Assembly: GCA_964016885.1 (NCBI GenBank)
Contig: OZ024763.1
Span: 21,452,001 to 21,516,000, forward strand
DNA from: Eledone cirrhosa
Lineage: Eukaryota
DNA length: 64,000 bases
Reading direction: 5' to 3'
In this document: piece by piece, positions 40,319-54,626 of the stretch
How positions within the stretch are numbered: the first letter of the stretch is position 1
Layout of the letters: every line of letters starts with the position of its first letter
Program-made: the position numbers and the translations under genes
The notes under the pieces: model-generated
The model's database searches: none
Seen by the model: only the letters and a program-made list of their open reading frames with translations
Told to the model about the DNA's origin: nothing

Positions 40319-40820
40319 CATCATCGTCATCATCCTCATCATTGTTTAACGTCCATCTTCCACGCTAGCATGGGTTTAGATGGGAATTGTCCCACTTGAG
40401 GCAAGATTGGTTGTCTCGCTTGTATGGGACTGTCTGGCAGGTTTTCTACGGCTACAGCTGGATGCCCTTCCTAACACCAACCACGTTTACAGTGTGGACT
40501 GGGAGGTTTTTACCGTGTTACCTACATGGCCACATTACAGCGTGGACTGTATGTTTTTTTTGTCATGACACCTACACGACCTCATTTATTTAGGACTGGA
40601 TGTTGTGGTACCAACATAACTTTACAGAAAAAGGGGTGGTGTTGATGGGATTGGGGGAGTTGGGGGTAGTGGGAGGGGGGTGTATATTTGATTAAGAGAT
40701 GCCTACTGACTGTAGGTTTCACTTTATACTTAGGCAAGGCCGGTTTTCTGTATTACTGCATAGCGCCAAAGATCTCGGTCCAGCGACTTTGTCTTAGAGA
40801 GGAGTAAGTGTGTAAGGTCG
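40319..40820 (-). mobile_element. RTE LINE 3' end with long 3' UTR
   Basis: Reverse complement of 62625-63108. Confidence 0.85.
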
Positions 40821-40861
40821 GAATTTATCAAAATTATATATAATAAATAATATAATTGGAA

Positions 40862-40920
40862 GGTTGTTTATATATTGTCAACGCTCTTTCATCACACATT
40901 CTGTGACCTCCTCAGTAATA
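40862..40920 (-). ncRNA. decayed hammerhead homologous to 26759-26803
   Basis: Minus strand CTGAGGA-G-GTCACAGAATGTGTGAT-GAAA-GAGCGT-TGACAATATATAAACAAC. Cleavage triplet degenerate. Confidence 0.55.
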
Positions 40921-41509
40921 TAATATATACTATGTTTAAATAAATATTATATATTTTTTATTTTACTATATTTATATCTAATATGTATCATTTGATATTT
41001 ATTATACTATTATATCATCTCTACCGCTAACTCCCACCCCCGCTGGAACTTCTCAATGACCCGAGGGTGGAGTAGCACCCAGTTTAAAAACCTCTGCTCT
41101 AGACATACACAGTCATGTTACTGTGTGTGAATGGTTCCATGATAATTCAGGTTTTATTTCATTAGTTTACAATTGGGGGATAAGAAAAAGTACATCTCAT
41201 CTAAAAATTAAAATTAGAAATTATTTTTATTTGTTTATTTTATTTTTTAATTATAAAATTAGATAAATAAATAAATTAATTAATTAATTTATTTATTTAT
41301 TTAATTTTTTAAATTTTACTATTGTGGGAACCAACTCACTTGAGACACAGCAGAGGAAGACCTGCTTGAACTTTTATTGATCAACTCTCAGACAATATAA
41401 ACCTCAGTAAGGAGTTTTTGCCAGGAGCAATGGATAGAAAATCATTAATTGTGGAGAGAGACTCTGTCAGGAATGTGAGTCTGTGGTCATAATGATGATG
41501 ATGATGATG

Positions 41510-41604
41510 ATCATCATCATCATTTTATGTCCGCTTGCAAGGGTGGGACAGGTCCTATTCAGCACAGCATCTCTCCACTTGTCACGGTCCTTCGTCATCT
41601 CCTT
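41510..41604 (-). mobile_element. RTE 3' terminal fragment (same family as 21058-21380)
   Basis: CAGCACAGCATCTCTC...GTCACGGTCCTTCGTCATCTCC shared. Confidence 0.8.
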
Positions 41605-41637
41605 ATATTATATGTAATATTATGGGAACTAATATAT

Positions 41638-42577
<940 letters not shown>

Positions 42578-42581
42578 TACA

Positions 42582-42710
42582 TATGTAAAAGGTAAACAGA
42601 AATAACAATACTATCGGTACAGTATATGGAAGGAATATATTACGTTAACGCTTGATATAGCAGGAAGAGGGTCTTAACGTTTTGGACGCTAGTCCTTCAT
42701 CAGAAGAAAT
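42582..42710 (-). mobile_element. PLE-like pLTR fragment (family H4) with minimal hammerhead 42672-42707
   Basis: Minus strand TCTT-CTGATGA-A-GGAC(tagc)GTCC-AAAA-CG-TT-AAGA (GAAA mutated to AAAA). Second copy 55775-56010. Confidence 0.7.
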
Positions 42711-43323
42711 ATATATATATATATAATACTGAAACAAAGTCATCGTATAAGACTGAAAAATCTTTGATCATTTTCCAAATCACTCAATGCTTTAATTAAG
42801 CCAGTATCGTTAAAATACCAACCCAAAGGAAAACAGAAACTGAAATTTGTTGAATAAAAAATATTGTCCTTCCAAGTTTCCAAAAGTATTATTAATTGTA
42901 GCTAATGTTTACTAGCTGAAACTATAACGTAACAATGTTGTCTTTGACCAAAACTTTTAGTCCAATGTCCATTGTGTTTTTATAGCAAGCCTGTCCTCAC
43001 AGCTATCAATTGCTAGCTGTCTCCTTTTCAGTAAGATCAATTTCTATGGAAACAAGTGATTCATTGCATACAGGGAACCGGTGTTGTGATTTTTACATTT
43101 TTTACATTCGTGATTGATAGAAAGAAAACCTAATTTCTCAAGTTACAAACACTGCTCTTCAGTAGAGGAGACAATGAAGTCACTCATATTTCATTTGCTT
43201 TCATTTTCAATGACATTTTTTATTCAGTCTGTTGGACATTTTATACAAAATAACTCTTTATTGTGTCTGTGGCTCTGTCTGCTTAATTTTCGTTGGCATC
43301 TTATAGAGTTAGAATATTGGTCA

Positions 43324-43538
43324 ACCCTTTCATGACCACATTTCTTAGGAAATACACTCTATTTTAATTAATTGATGAAGAATTTTGAGGGATTTACTAA
43401 ATTTATTAATTATTTCATTACTAAGATATTAATTTAATGTAAGGTTCTTATATAAAGTTATGTTAAAAGATTTTAATTTTAATTGGAAACCTTTAAAATG
43501 GGTGGTTTTATGGTTTTGGCAAGGTTGGTAACTAAAGG
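43324..43538. mobile_element. second piggyBac-like MITE family (P2), partial duplicate at 43665-43800
   Basis: CCCTTTCATGACCAC ... TGGTAACTAAAGGG|TTAA. Confidence 0.6.
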
Positions 43539-44504
43539 GTTAAAATACACAGCTTTGCGTCATAGAACAAGGAATGGTTTCAGGCAGTTTGATAGCAGAA
43601 GATTTAGTATAGGTTTTTACATAAAATTATGATGGAAAGTTTTAAAATTAATATAAATATTTTAACCCCTTTATGACCACATTTCTAATGAAATACACTC
43701 TATTTTAATTAGTTAATGAAGAATTCTGAGGGATTTACTAAAATTATTAATTATTTCATTACTAAGATATTAATTTAATGTAAGGTTCTTATATAAAATT
43801 ATGGTAGACGACACTTATTTGTCTTCCCCCCCCCCCACACACACTTTATCCCCTGGGTGCCACCTAAGTGAAACTGAACCAGAAACAATATGGCTACAAA
43901 TTAAACTCCATATACCACTGCTTTCATTCGACTTTCATCGTTCCTTTACAACACTTATTATTTATCTTTTGCATAGAAGTTCTTTCAAACGTACAACTAT
44001 TGTAAAAATGTATTATTTAAAAAATCATTTCCTAATATCACGCTCACACCTTTGAATTAGTAGTCAGCTCCCTTGAAAAGCTAGTTACCTGTAAAAAAAA
44101 AAAAACTGTGCAGCACACCTTACTTATTGATTAGTACAACTAATAATAAAAAAACAATTCGTTAAATTACCTAATAATGTTTTTTCCATGTTTAGATATT
44201 GGTGATGAGAAACAAAGGAAAATAACGAAACAGGTTTCAATTGACTTTGAACATGTATGAAACTGTTTTAATCTATCTACTTGATTGGTTCAGCTGTCTA
44301 GCCATACCTACTTATATATGAAACAGCAGAGGTGAGTCTCCAGAGACCCATCTTCAGACTAAACTATTCTGGAGGGTGTGAGGGAGGGAAAAAAAGTATT
44401 TTAAATTAATAATTCATTCATAATTCACAACATGTATTTCTACCCTGTGACCAGTTGATAATCACTTTTGGTTCTCATTAGATACCAACTATTTTTTTAA
44501 TTAC

Positions 44505-44765
44505 TCTATATGGGCATGTGGTTAGAATGTCTCAAGAAAGAATCACTGGACAGGTTTTACAGGCAAAACCAACAGGTAGAAGACCCAGGGGTAGACCCTG
44601 AGCAAGATGGTTGGATAACATCAATGAGCTTGGCTGGTCTCGGTTGGGATCCAGCTGGATCAGTTGGAGATGGTTGCTTCTGACAGGATCTGCTGTAAAG
44701 AGTTTGAGGACTTTGCCCCCATGACCCTCTCAGAAATAATTGGGCAAAGAAGAAGACTGTATATG
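44505..44765 (+). mobile_element. RTE LINE 3' remnant
   Basis: Translation YGHVVRMSQERITGQVLQAKPTGRRPRGRP*ARWLDNI. Confidence 0.8.
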
Positions 44766-44907
44766 CTTCAATGTCATATGGGAAAACTACTCCATCAGTT
44801 TTCCAATGAAGCTCAAACTTTACAAGTCTTTGGTAACTTCAATCCTTTTTTGTGGGTGTGAGAGTTGGATTCTCACAGCTGACATGGAATGAAGAATCCA
44901 GTCATTC

Positions 44908-45280
44908 AAGCACAAGTCTTTCAGAAGGTTGCTACACATCCCACACACAGAGCACAAGTCCTTCAGAAGGTTGCTACACATCCCACACACACAGCACACG
45001 TCCTTCAGAAGGTTGCTACACATCCCACACACAGAGCACAAGTCCTTCAGAAGGTTGCTACACATCCCACACAGAGCACAAGTCCTTCAGAGGGTTGCTA
45101 CACATCACAAACACAGAGCACAAGTACTTCAGAAAGTTGCTACACATCCCACACACACAGAGCACAAGTCCTTCAGAAGGTTGCTACACATCCCACACAC
45201 ACACAGCACAAGTCCTTCAGAAGGTTGCTACACATCACACACATAAGTCCTTCAGAAGGTTGCTACACATCACACACAGA
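44908..45280. repeat. about 42-bp minisatellite, about 9 copies
   Basis: AGCACAAGTCCTTCAGAAGGTTGCTACACATCCCACAC(AC)n. Explains ORFs at 44852-45541. Confidence 0.95.
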
Positions 45281-45780
45281 CAAAACAAACAGCTTTGTAG
45301 GCAGCAAGTTAAGAATATACTGGCAGACAGGAACCCCTCTTTGAGATGGTGGAAACACAGAAACTTTCCTGGTATGGTCATATATCCCACCACAACTCCT
45401 TCTCTCTCTCTCTCTATATATATATATAGAGAGAGAGAGAGACACACACACAATAATTCAAGAGCAAGAAATTGTCTAGACAGTTTCTTACCCTTGACTT
45501 TCATGTTACTGCTCCTAATGAAAATTCTTAAATTTTATTAGTAGAGCTGACTTTAGGCTCTTAATAGTGACTATCTTTAGCACTTTGGTTAACCTATACT
45601 TTTGTCAGACAATATGATTAATAATTTTACATATTAATCAATATTTTAGTACACACACACACATTCACACATATATATATGTAGATAGATAGACAGAAGA
45701 CAGTCATATAGATAGTTAGATAGATAGACAGACAGAAGACAGACAGATAGATAGATAGAAGACAGACATAGATAGATATA

Positions 45781-46905
45781 TTTCTTTATTAGCCACAGGG
45801 GCACAAAAGAAGGGGACAAATACAAAGGGGGAAGTTTACATACAATAAAAACGTGTAAAATGTTATCACAAATGCAATTTAAAAAGTTAGTTGATTTTCC
45901 CCAATAGGGGGAGACAGTTCATATGGGTAACACATAGCCCCGAAAAAACTCCAGGAGTACGAAGAGTTTGTACTCCTTTCCTCTCCTCCTCCTTTTCCTC
46001 AACCTACAGGCTGATATAGAGAGAAGGCCCATTCACTCGGCCCATTCTCGCCACTTTCACCCACCTTTCATAAAACTTGCTGGGGTACAGCACCTCTCTC
46101 TCCATCCTGATTCTTCTTCCAAAGTGGTATTTGAAAAAAAGAATCAGTTGTTGGCCGGAGAGAAAGGTGTCTGACCTCAGCCCTTTCAACCTTGTCCACC
46201 ATACAACCTCTTTCACCATAGCTATCACACAAAGGAAAACCGCCTCTCATTCGTTTTTGAAGGAGGGTGGCAGTTTGATCATGACAATGGACTCGGTGGT
46301 CAACCGGATTGGTCCCACCCGCGACAATAGTCGTTCTACATAGCCCCACAGGTCAGTGACGTCCGGGCAGTGTATGAATGCGTGCGCGACGGTTTCTTCT
46401 TTACGCATGCACCTCGGACAGATCTTTTTTGCAGGGTCCCTGCTCGGGCGCCCATGTCTGTAGAGCTTGTCTCGAACTGGTAGAGCTCCTCGGTAGCACT
46501 GCCAGGCCAGGGACTTTTGGAAGTTGTCCATCGGTCCCAGGCGGAAGGTCCTACCGAACAGACTGGCCAGTTCATCTTCCTCTACGCCTAGAGTTTCACC
46601 GAGCGCGTCGTCGCACTTGCTGCGGATCAACCCTCTATAGAATGACGAAGTGGAGTCTCCACTGATCCCCGGGTCCGCCTGCCAGAGGGCTGTGAGCCCC
46701 TGAGCACATTCGATGTGCCAGTCGCCCGTTTTCCTCGGTCTTTGCTTGACCCAGGACTGCAGCTCAGTCAGCGAGACGAGTCGTGGGAAGGCTCGCCTCA
46801 CGAACGGGGCCCACACCGGTTGTCCGGTGAGGAATACGTAGAGATGCCGCAGCCTGAGCGCGTGTTTGCGCATCGTCAACCACGGCATCCCAGCCCTCCG
46901 TTAGA
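45781..46905 (-). mobile_element. Tx1/L1-clade LINE 3' fragment (zf-RVT region), frameshifted
   Basis: ORF 46247-46888 with LAWQCYRGALPVRDKL and CCHC finger CPRC..EETVAHAFIHC. Continues in ORF 46004-46228 (KEVVWWTR). AATAAA near the 3' end; GC-rich relative to flanks. Confidence 0.9.
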
Positions 46906-48094
46906 AGACATATAGATAGATAGATAGATATGTTTCTTTATTAGCCACATGATTAATAATTTTACATATTAATCAATATTTTAGTACACACACACATTCA
47001 CACATATATATATGTAGATAGATAGACAGAAGACAGTCATATAGATAGTTAGATAGATAGACAGACAGAAGACAGACAGATAGATAGATAGACAGACAGA
47101 AGACAGACAGATAGATAGATAGATAGACAGAAGACAGACAGATAGATAGATAGATAGACAGAAGACAGTCATATAGATAGATAGATAGATAGACAGACAG
47201 AAGACAGACAGATAGATAGATAGATAGACAGACAGAAGACAGACATATAGATAGATAGATAGATAGATAGATAAATAGACAGAAGACAGACAAGGGCGCA
47301 CAAGAAAAGGGGACAATACAAGGACATATGCTAGGGATAGGTAATTAGATAGATAGTTTCATAAGTAGATAGATAACAGATAGCTCAATAGATAGATAAT
47401 TAGATAGATGAATAGATAGATAGATAGATAGATAATTAGATAGATAGATAGATAGATGAATAGTAAGATAGCTAGATAGCTAGAGACACTATTTTGATCT
47501 GGAGCTGGGTTGATATTATTCAGTTGTTTAAATAAACAACAACTATATTAGTGAGAAAATGTTTTGTGTTGTTTCCTTGTGGTGTTTCCTTTGGGAATTT
47601 AATATACCAAGTTACAAGTTTTGACCTATTTAGAATACACAGGGAAATGGTTATTTAAGAATTCTTCCAGTAACTAATATAACACTTCGAGAAAGACAAA
47701 AAAAGACGATCAAAAAATTTAAAAAAGACTAGAAAGATAAATATCGAATAAAATAAAAACTAAAAAATTTTAAAATCTTAAAATAAATATAGAATAAAAT
47801 AAAGTGATAATTTATAAATATTTTATACAATAAATAAAATTGTCTCAATTTAACCCGTTATTTAATTACATCAAAATCTAAATTAAATTTTATTCGAAGA
47901 AAATTAGATTTTCATTTTGTTCCACTTCTTTCCTATTTAAAAAAAAAAATTTTTTTTAACGGTAAATAAACTTTTGAGATTTTATAACCCAAACAACCTC
48001 CACTCTTCCCCTCCCTTCCAGCTATAGAAAAATATGGAAGTCTACATTGGAATATCGGTTCTGCTAATATAAAATAGATTTATTTAAAATGGAT

Positions 48095-49220
48095 TGACTT
48101 GTGTGGCCTAGTGGTAAAGGGGTTGGACTTGTGATCATAACGTCGTGGGTTCAATTCCTGGACTGGCTTGTGTGTTGGGTTGTGTTCTTGAGCAAAGCAC
48201 TTCATTTCATGTTGTTCCTAGGAACACTATGTCTGATGACCAGTAACACTAACTATTATACTGTACATTGGATAATGTAGTCTTAGATGAGTGAGATGTG
48301 TGACCAAGTGGTAAGAGTGTTGGACTTATGATTATAATGTCATTGGTTAGATTCCTGAGCAGGGTTGCTCCAAGGAATGTCTAATGACCAGTAGCACTAA
48401 CTGCTGTACTGAACATTGGATAATGTAGTCTTAGATGAGTGAGACGTGTGACCAAGTGGTAAGAGTGTTGGACTTATGATTATAATGTCATTGGTTAGAT
48501 TCCTGAGCAGGGTTGCTCCAAGGAATGTCTAATGACCAGTAGCACTAACTGCTGTACTGAACATTGGATAATGTAGTCTTAGATGAGTGAGACGTGTGAC
48601 CAAGTGGTAAGAGTGTTGGACTTATGATTATAATGTCATTGGTTAGATTCCTGAGCAGGATTGCTCCTAGGAATGTCTAATGACCAGTAACACTAACTGC
48701 TGTACTGAACATTGGATAATGTAGTCTTAGATAGTGGAGACTTGTGGCCTAGTGGTGTGTTGGACTTGTGATCATAACATTGTGGTTTCGATTCCTCAAC
48801 TGGGTTATATGTTGTGTTGTGTTCTTGAGCAAAAACACTTCATTTCACGTTGCTCCAGGATTCTCAGCTGAAAATGAGTACCAGCAATAACTGGAGGGTT
48901 TAACTCTGCAATGGTGTCCTGTCCAGGGGTAAGTCTTGTACTCTCAGTCACTTAACAACATCATGGGAACCAGGATAAGCACTAATCTGGTGAGCCTCCA
49001 GGCTTGATTGAGACAGACCTAAACCCTACGATGGGCTGGGAGTTTTGTACTCTCAGTTGCTTAATGTCACAGAAACTGGGGTTAGCACTGACTTGATGAA
49101 CCTCCAGGCTCAAAACAGTCCTTAACCCTGTAATAAACTGACGTCCTGTCCTGTGGGGAGTCTAGTAGTCTGAGTCACTTAACACCACCAAAACCGGAAT
49201 AAACATCAACCTGATGATCA
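48095..49220 (+). repeat. SINE-derived tandem array: five tRNA-like heads (148-bp period) then a triplicated SINE body
   Basis: CATTGGATAATGTAGTCTTAGAT at 48266, 48414, 48562 and 48710, each followed by A/B-box-like motifs. Confidence 0.85.
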
Positions 49221-49229
49221 AGGGGAATC

Positions 49230-49470
49230 AATCGACAAGATCCCAGACCTCATTTGCTTACTGAGTGGGGTGGATCTCATCACATCGGACCAAGAAACAA
49301 TATTTCCATTGATCTTTCCATTACTGCCTACAGGTCATAACTCCTGACAGAAGGAGCAACATGAAATAAAGTGTCTTACTCAAAGACATAACACATCGCT
49401 CGCTCTGGGGAATGGAACTTGCAAGTTCGTAATTGTGAATGCAATTTTGTAACCCTAAGCCACCAAAGCC
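49230..49470 (-). mobile_element. SINE family S2
   Basis: Homologous to 25735-25958 and 42215-42370. Confidence 0.7.
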
Positions 49471-50695
49471 GGGTGGCTTCATCTTAACTACAGCTATTTT
49501 TGGTTTAATTTAATGTAATTCTTTTTTTTTCCCGCCATTTATCATATAAAGAGGCTTCAGTCTTTTGTGTTCTAATGAATCTATTTGATAGTAAACTGCC
49601 CTTTTGTCCCTTGGCAAACTTATTTCAAGTCACTCTCTATTAAGTTTCATAATTGTTAAATAATGACTTAGGTATTTCATTGCCAAAATTTATTTCAAAC
49701 AAAAATACTGATAAATTCCTCTTTGAGAACATAACATGGTTTTTAAACAGAACCAAACGAAACATCATAAAATATATAGAAAAGCCTTCAAGTTTGGCTC
49801 CATTCCAAGTTCAACTGGTATTCACAAAAACACAACTAATTTAGACTGATGATAAATTTTGATTTTTCATTCTATAGACTTCAGTAAAAAGAATAATTTA
49901 ATCCTTTAATATGAATTGGCATAACTGTAAAGTGTTATGCAAATACAACTGGATTCTTCCAAGTTTTTCACTCAAATTTCTTTTTAGTCAATGTTTATGG
50001 CTTCATAACGACTACAAATTTATTTCTTTTTGTTGCATTAGCAAATTTTCGATTCTTTAAGACATATATGTTACTCATTTCTTTTTGACCTTCCGTTGGT
50101 TGTATATCTCCTGGGATTTGCCCTCTGCAGTAGAATGTCTTATTTTGCTGTTCTAGCCACCTTTGACCTATGTGTTTATCAATTTCGAATGACTTACCAC
50201 ATAAATTTGATGATAACCAGTTGCATGTAGATTAGCCCCCCAGGAGTATTGTAATTGTTTGTTTTAATGGTTGCTCTCAGCTACTCAAATGTCTTGAGGT
50301 AATAACAACCATTACATTGCAGATATTACTGTACTCTACTGTACTGGCAGTGCTACATGTGTGTGTGTGTGTGTCTATGTATCTGTGTGTGAGTATGTGT
50401 GTGTGTGTCTATGTATGTGTGTGTTTTTTTACAGGTTTCTGCGTTTGGATATTACAACTTTATATACATATATACATATATATATATATATATGTGTGTG
50501 TGTTTTCTGTTTTTACTTATACAATTATATATATTTATATGTGTGTGTGTATCTGTATGTGTGTGCCTATGTATCTGTGTGTATGTATGTGTGTGTTTCT
50601 GCCTCTACCCCAAACTTTATTTATACACATATTTATGTGTATGTATGTGTGTGTGTCTGTGTTTTACATGTTTGTGCATTTGGATATTGATCTGC

Positions 50696-50762
<67 letters not shown>

Positions 50763-50891
50763 CATACATACATACATATATCCATATGTGTGTGTGTATG
50801 TTTTACATGTTTGTGTATTCGGATATAGATCTATGTGTGTATGTATGTATACATATATATATATGTGTGTGTTTCTACACACGCACACACG

Positions 50892-50948
<57 letters not shown>

Positions 50949-51108
50949 ATTAGAATTGTTAATGTATGTATTGAATTTGTAGTTAATGTAATTGTATTGA
51001 ACTTGTGACGCCCAATCACAAATATGATCAGCCATTAGCCATCACCATCATCATCATCATCATCAACATCATCATCATCATCAGCATCAGTGTTATCCTT
51101 GTTATCAG

Positions 51109-51144
<36 letters not shown>

Positions 51145-51659
51145 TCATCATCATTTAACATCTAGTAATGGTTACTAGAATAATCCAATACAGTTTACAG
51201 TGTAGGTTGAAAGAAACTCCCTGTTGAAAATTACTTACAACTTAGAGACTAGTGTGGTCATGTATTTCTCATATGGATCTGTACTTTGGTTTGGTTTCTA
51301 TGGCACCAAAATGATTATATAACAGGGTAGACAGGGTGATTTTTATTGTGGCACCAAAATGATTATATAACAGGGTAGACTGGGTGCTTTTTATTGTGGC
51401 ATGAAAATTACAACTGCATCTTTCTTGCTTTTAATCATGCAAATTTGTCTATGATGTGGTTAAAGTTAGTTTTTTTTTTTATCTATGGCCCTAATAATTT
51501 ATATGAATGGTTTAAACATTTAGCATTTACATTATTTTATATATACTATTGTATTTTTGTGGTAAAGGTTTTATCTTACATAATTATCTCACATGATATG
51601 AAATCTAAGATTTTGATGTTATTTATTTTGAGAACAATACAAGGAGCACTTTCTATTAA

Positions 51660-52212
51660 CCCTTTAGCATTTAAAACAGCCCTATCTGGCTAGAATTCTC
51701 TCACCTTTTTCTGATCAAACCAGTCGTAACTGGCCACTCATTTCATTTTATTTCATTTTATTTTACGTTCGCTTTTCCCTGCTTGCAAGGGTGGGACGGG
51801 AACTGATTCTGGCTTGATTTCTACAGCTGGATGCCCTTCCTAACACCAACCTCATTTACAGTGAGTGCTGGGTGCCTTTTTGCCATGGCACCTCCACAAC
51901 CACTTTGCAGGGGAATGATAGGGACCCCAGTCCCTATCATCTCATTTCTACAGCTGAGTAAACTGGAGCAATGTGAAATAAAGTGTCTTGCTCAAGGAAA
52001 CAACACATCACCCGGTCTGAGAATTGAACTCACAAACTTTTGATTGCAAGGCCAATGCTCTAACCACTAAGCCATGTGCCTCCCACTCATACTAATGTTA
52101 AAGTATTGTTCTCAAAATAAATAATATCAAAACTTTGTCGATTCAATATTATGTGAGATAAAGTATTTACTGTGAAAATATAATAGTCTATATAGAGTAA
52201 TGTAAATGCTAG
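51660..52212. mobile_element. piggyBac-like MITE P1 split by an S1 SINE
   Basis: TTAA|CCCTTTAGCATTT start. MITE resumes at 52083 and ends GTAAATGCTA. Confidence 0.85.
51742..52082 (-). mobile_element. SINE family S1, full length, with TSD
   Basis: TSD CCACTCAT at 51734-51741 and 52083-52090. Confidence 0.93.
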
Positions 52213-52379
52213 CATCTATGGCGGGTGTCATGGGTACAATACCCTAATTTTGCCTCTACCAACAAGCTATCTTTTTATTATTTTATTTGATTCTATTTTA
52301 TTTTAGTTTAACCTCAAATATGTTTCTTTCATCAAAAGGAAAGGAAAACAAAACTTCCATCCCCTTTGAAGAAATTTAA

Positions 52380-52719
52380 CCCTTTAACATTTACATTACT
52401 CTCTATATACTATTGTATTTTCATAGTAAAGGCTTTATCTCACATAACATTTACATTACTCTCTATATACTATTGTATTTTCATAGTAAAGGCTTTACCT
52501 CACATAACATTTACATTACTCTCTATATACTATTGTATTTTCATAGTAAAGGCTTTATCTCACATAATTATTCACTTAATATTGAATCTATAAGATTTTG
52601 ATATTATTTATTTTGAAAACAATACCTTAACAACAGTATGAGCAGCTGGTTATAGTTGGTTTGAACAGAAAGAGGTGAGGGAATTCTGGCTGGATAGGGC
52701 TGGTTTAAATGCTAAAGGG
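52380..52719. mobile_element. piggyBac-like MITE P1 with 60-bp internal triplication
   Basis: TTAA on both sides. TAACATTTACATTACTCTC unit every 60 bp. Confidence 0.9.
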
Positions 52720-53016
52720 TTAATATAAAGTGCTCCTTGCCCAAGCAGCACCCATGGCACCTGGCATGAGTGCTGTACCCTAGTTCTACTTCTCCCCACA
52801 AGCTATCTTATTTTATTTTAGTTTTAACTTCAAATATATGTTTCTTTCATCAAAAGAAAAGGAAAACAAGACTTCCATTCCCTTTGGAAGAGATCTAATC
52901 TAAATTATTCTGTTTTTATGACTTGTTTTAGAATTCCATTTTGAAACTGTTCTCTTCTAAGTCAAACCAACTTCTACAGTCTAGTTTACATGGCATTCTG
53001 TTGGCAACATGTTCAG

Positions 53017-53047
<31 letters not shown>

Positions 53048-53174
53048 ATCTGTCTCTCTCTCATCTCTCTCTCTTCATCTCATCTCTCTCTCTTGAAACA
53101 AATGGTGCTTAACTGTTGTAGTTTAATTACTCGTTATTATAAGTTAATTACTTTTTGCCTTGAAAACAAAATAG

Positions 53175-53520
53175 CCATCATCATCATCATCATCACCATC
53201 AATACCATCACCATTATTAACACCACCAACACCACCAACATCATCAACATCAATACCATCACCATCTTTAACACCATCATCATCATCACCATCAATATCA
53301 TCAGCATCATTAACACCATCATCATCACCATTATTATCCCCATCAACACCATCATCATCACCATCGCCATCATTGCCTCTACCATCATCGACATCACCAT
53401 CACCATCACCATCATCATCATCATTATCATCATCATTGTCATCATCATTATTGTTATTATTATCATTATTATCAGCATAATAATAATTATTATCATCAGC
53501 ATCACCATCATCACCTCCAC

Positions 53521-53562
<42 letters not shown>

Positions 53563-53570
53563 ACATCATT
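53175..53570. repeat. degenerate (CAT/CAC/TAT)n trinucleotide tract
   Basis: Direct reading. Confidence 0.9.
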
Positions 53571-53574
53571 ACTG

Positions 53575-53920
53575 CTTTACCAAGCACAGTTCTGTGCAGC
53601 ACCTTCAGTATCTGCAGTGTAGTTTTTGCTGATGTTTGGCTATTACGCTTACCTTCCTTCTTTTGATTACTGAATGCTGAAGCTGGCACATTACTGCACC
53701 AGCTCCTACAATTCTGGTACTTAATTCAGCCTCCTACCATCATCACTTGTGAACATGGCCCCGAGATACTTGAACTTCTCTACCTGATTGGAACTCCATT
53801 TACATGTAGAGGGACTCCATTTACATGTAGAGGGTACTGTGCAGTCTTCCTTGAGAGGACAAGTGTCTCAGTTTTCACAGTACTGGTTTTCATTCCAGCC
53901 ATGCATCATTTGGCATCAAA
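53575..53920 (-). mobile_element. decayed RTE reverse-transcriptase fragment
   Basis: Minus-strand translation AGMKTSTVKTETLVLSRK...LHVNGVP...EKFKYLGAMFTSD, with stops. Confidence 0.75.
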
Positions 53921-54130
53921 CGTATTAATTCTGGTGGATTGGCAGTATCGCTTTATGGTCTGAGTTCAAATCCCGCCGAGGTTCACTTTACCTTTCATCC
54001 TTACGGGGTCGATAAAATAAAGTACCAGTAATGTACTGGGTAATTGCTGGCCTTGTGCCAAAAGTAGAAACAATTAATTAATTAAAATAGACTGTATTTC
54101 ATTAGAAATGTGGTCATGAAAGAGTTAAAG

Positions 54131-54620
54131 TAGTGATTCCCAACATGGGGCACCTGCTGCACAGGGGATCAATTTGAATATTTAAGGGGGCCATTTGAAA
54201 ATGATGTTAATGAGAATAAACCTCAGGTTTTACCTTATTACTTTTATATCAAGGCAACTTTGGTACACATTACTGTCAGAAACTTCTGTCTCACCTCCTC
54301 CACATGTTATTGTGTATCTGGCACCACCTATACCAAGACAACTTTGGTACACATTACTGTCAGAAACTCCTGTCTCACCTCCTCCACATGTTATTGTGTA
54401 TCTGGCACCACCTATACCAAGACAACTTTGGTACACATTACTGTCAGAAACTCCTGTCTCACCTCCTCCACATGTTATTGTGTATCTGCCACCACCTACC
54501 CACCAATTTGTTTACATTTTGCAGTTGATCATCGCTGTTTTCAAATCAAAGGGATGGGGAGCAATAACAATTTTGAGATGTTGAGGTGGGGTAAGGGGCA
54601 CAAAAGGTTGGAAACCACTG
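54131..54620. mobile_element. hAT-like MITE with internal 84-bp triplication (54255-54500)
   Basis: Ends TAGTGATTCCCAAC / GGTTGGAAACCACTG. CAACTTTGGTACAC at 54255, 54339 and 54423. Confidence 0.7.
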
Positions 54621-54626
54621 GGTTAA

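Larger units (their letters stand above)
40178..41096. mobile_element. hAT-like MITE carrying nested insertions
   Basis: Ends TAAAGGTTCTCAAACT / AGTTTAAAAACCTCTG. TSD CTCTACAC / CTCTAGAC. Confidence 0.75.

Noticed and set aside
48230-48290. CTGATGA followed by a CCAGT/ATTGG stem in the 148-bp array
   Set aside because: There is no GAAA box, and the other units read CTAATGA.
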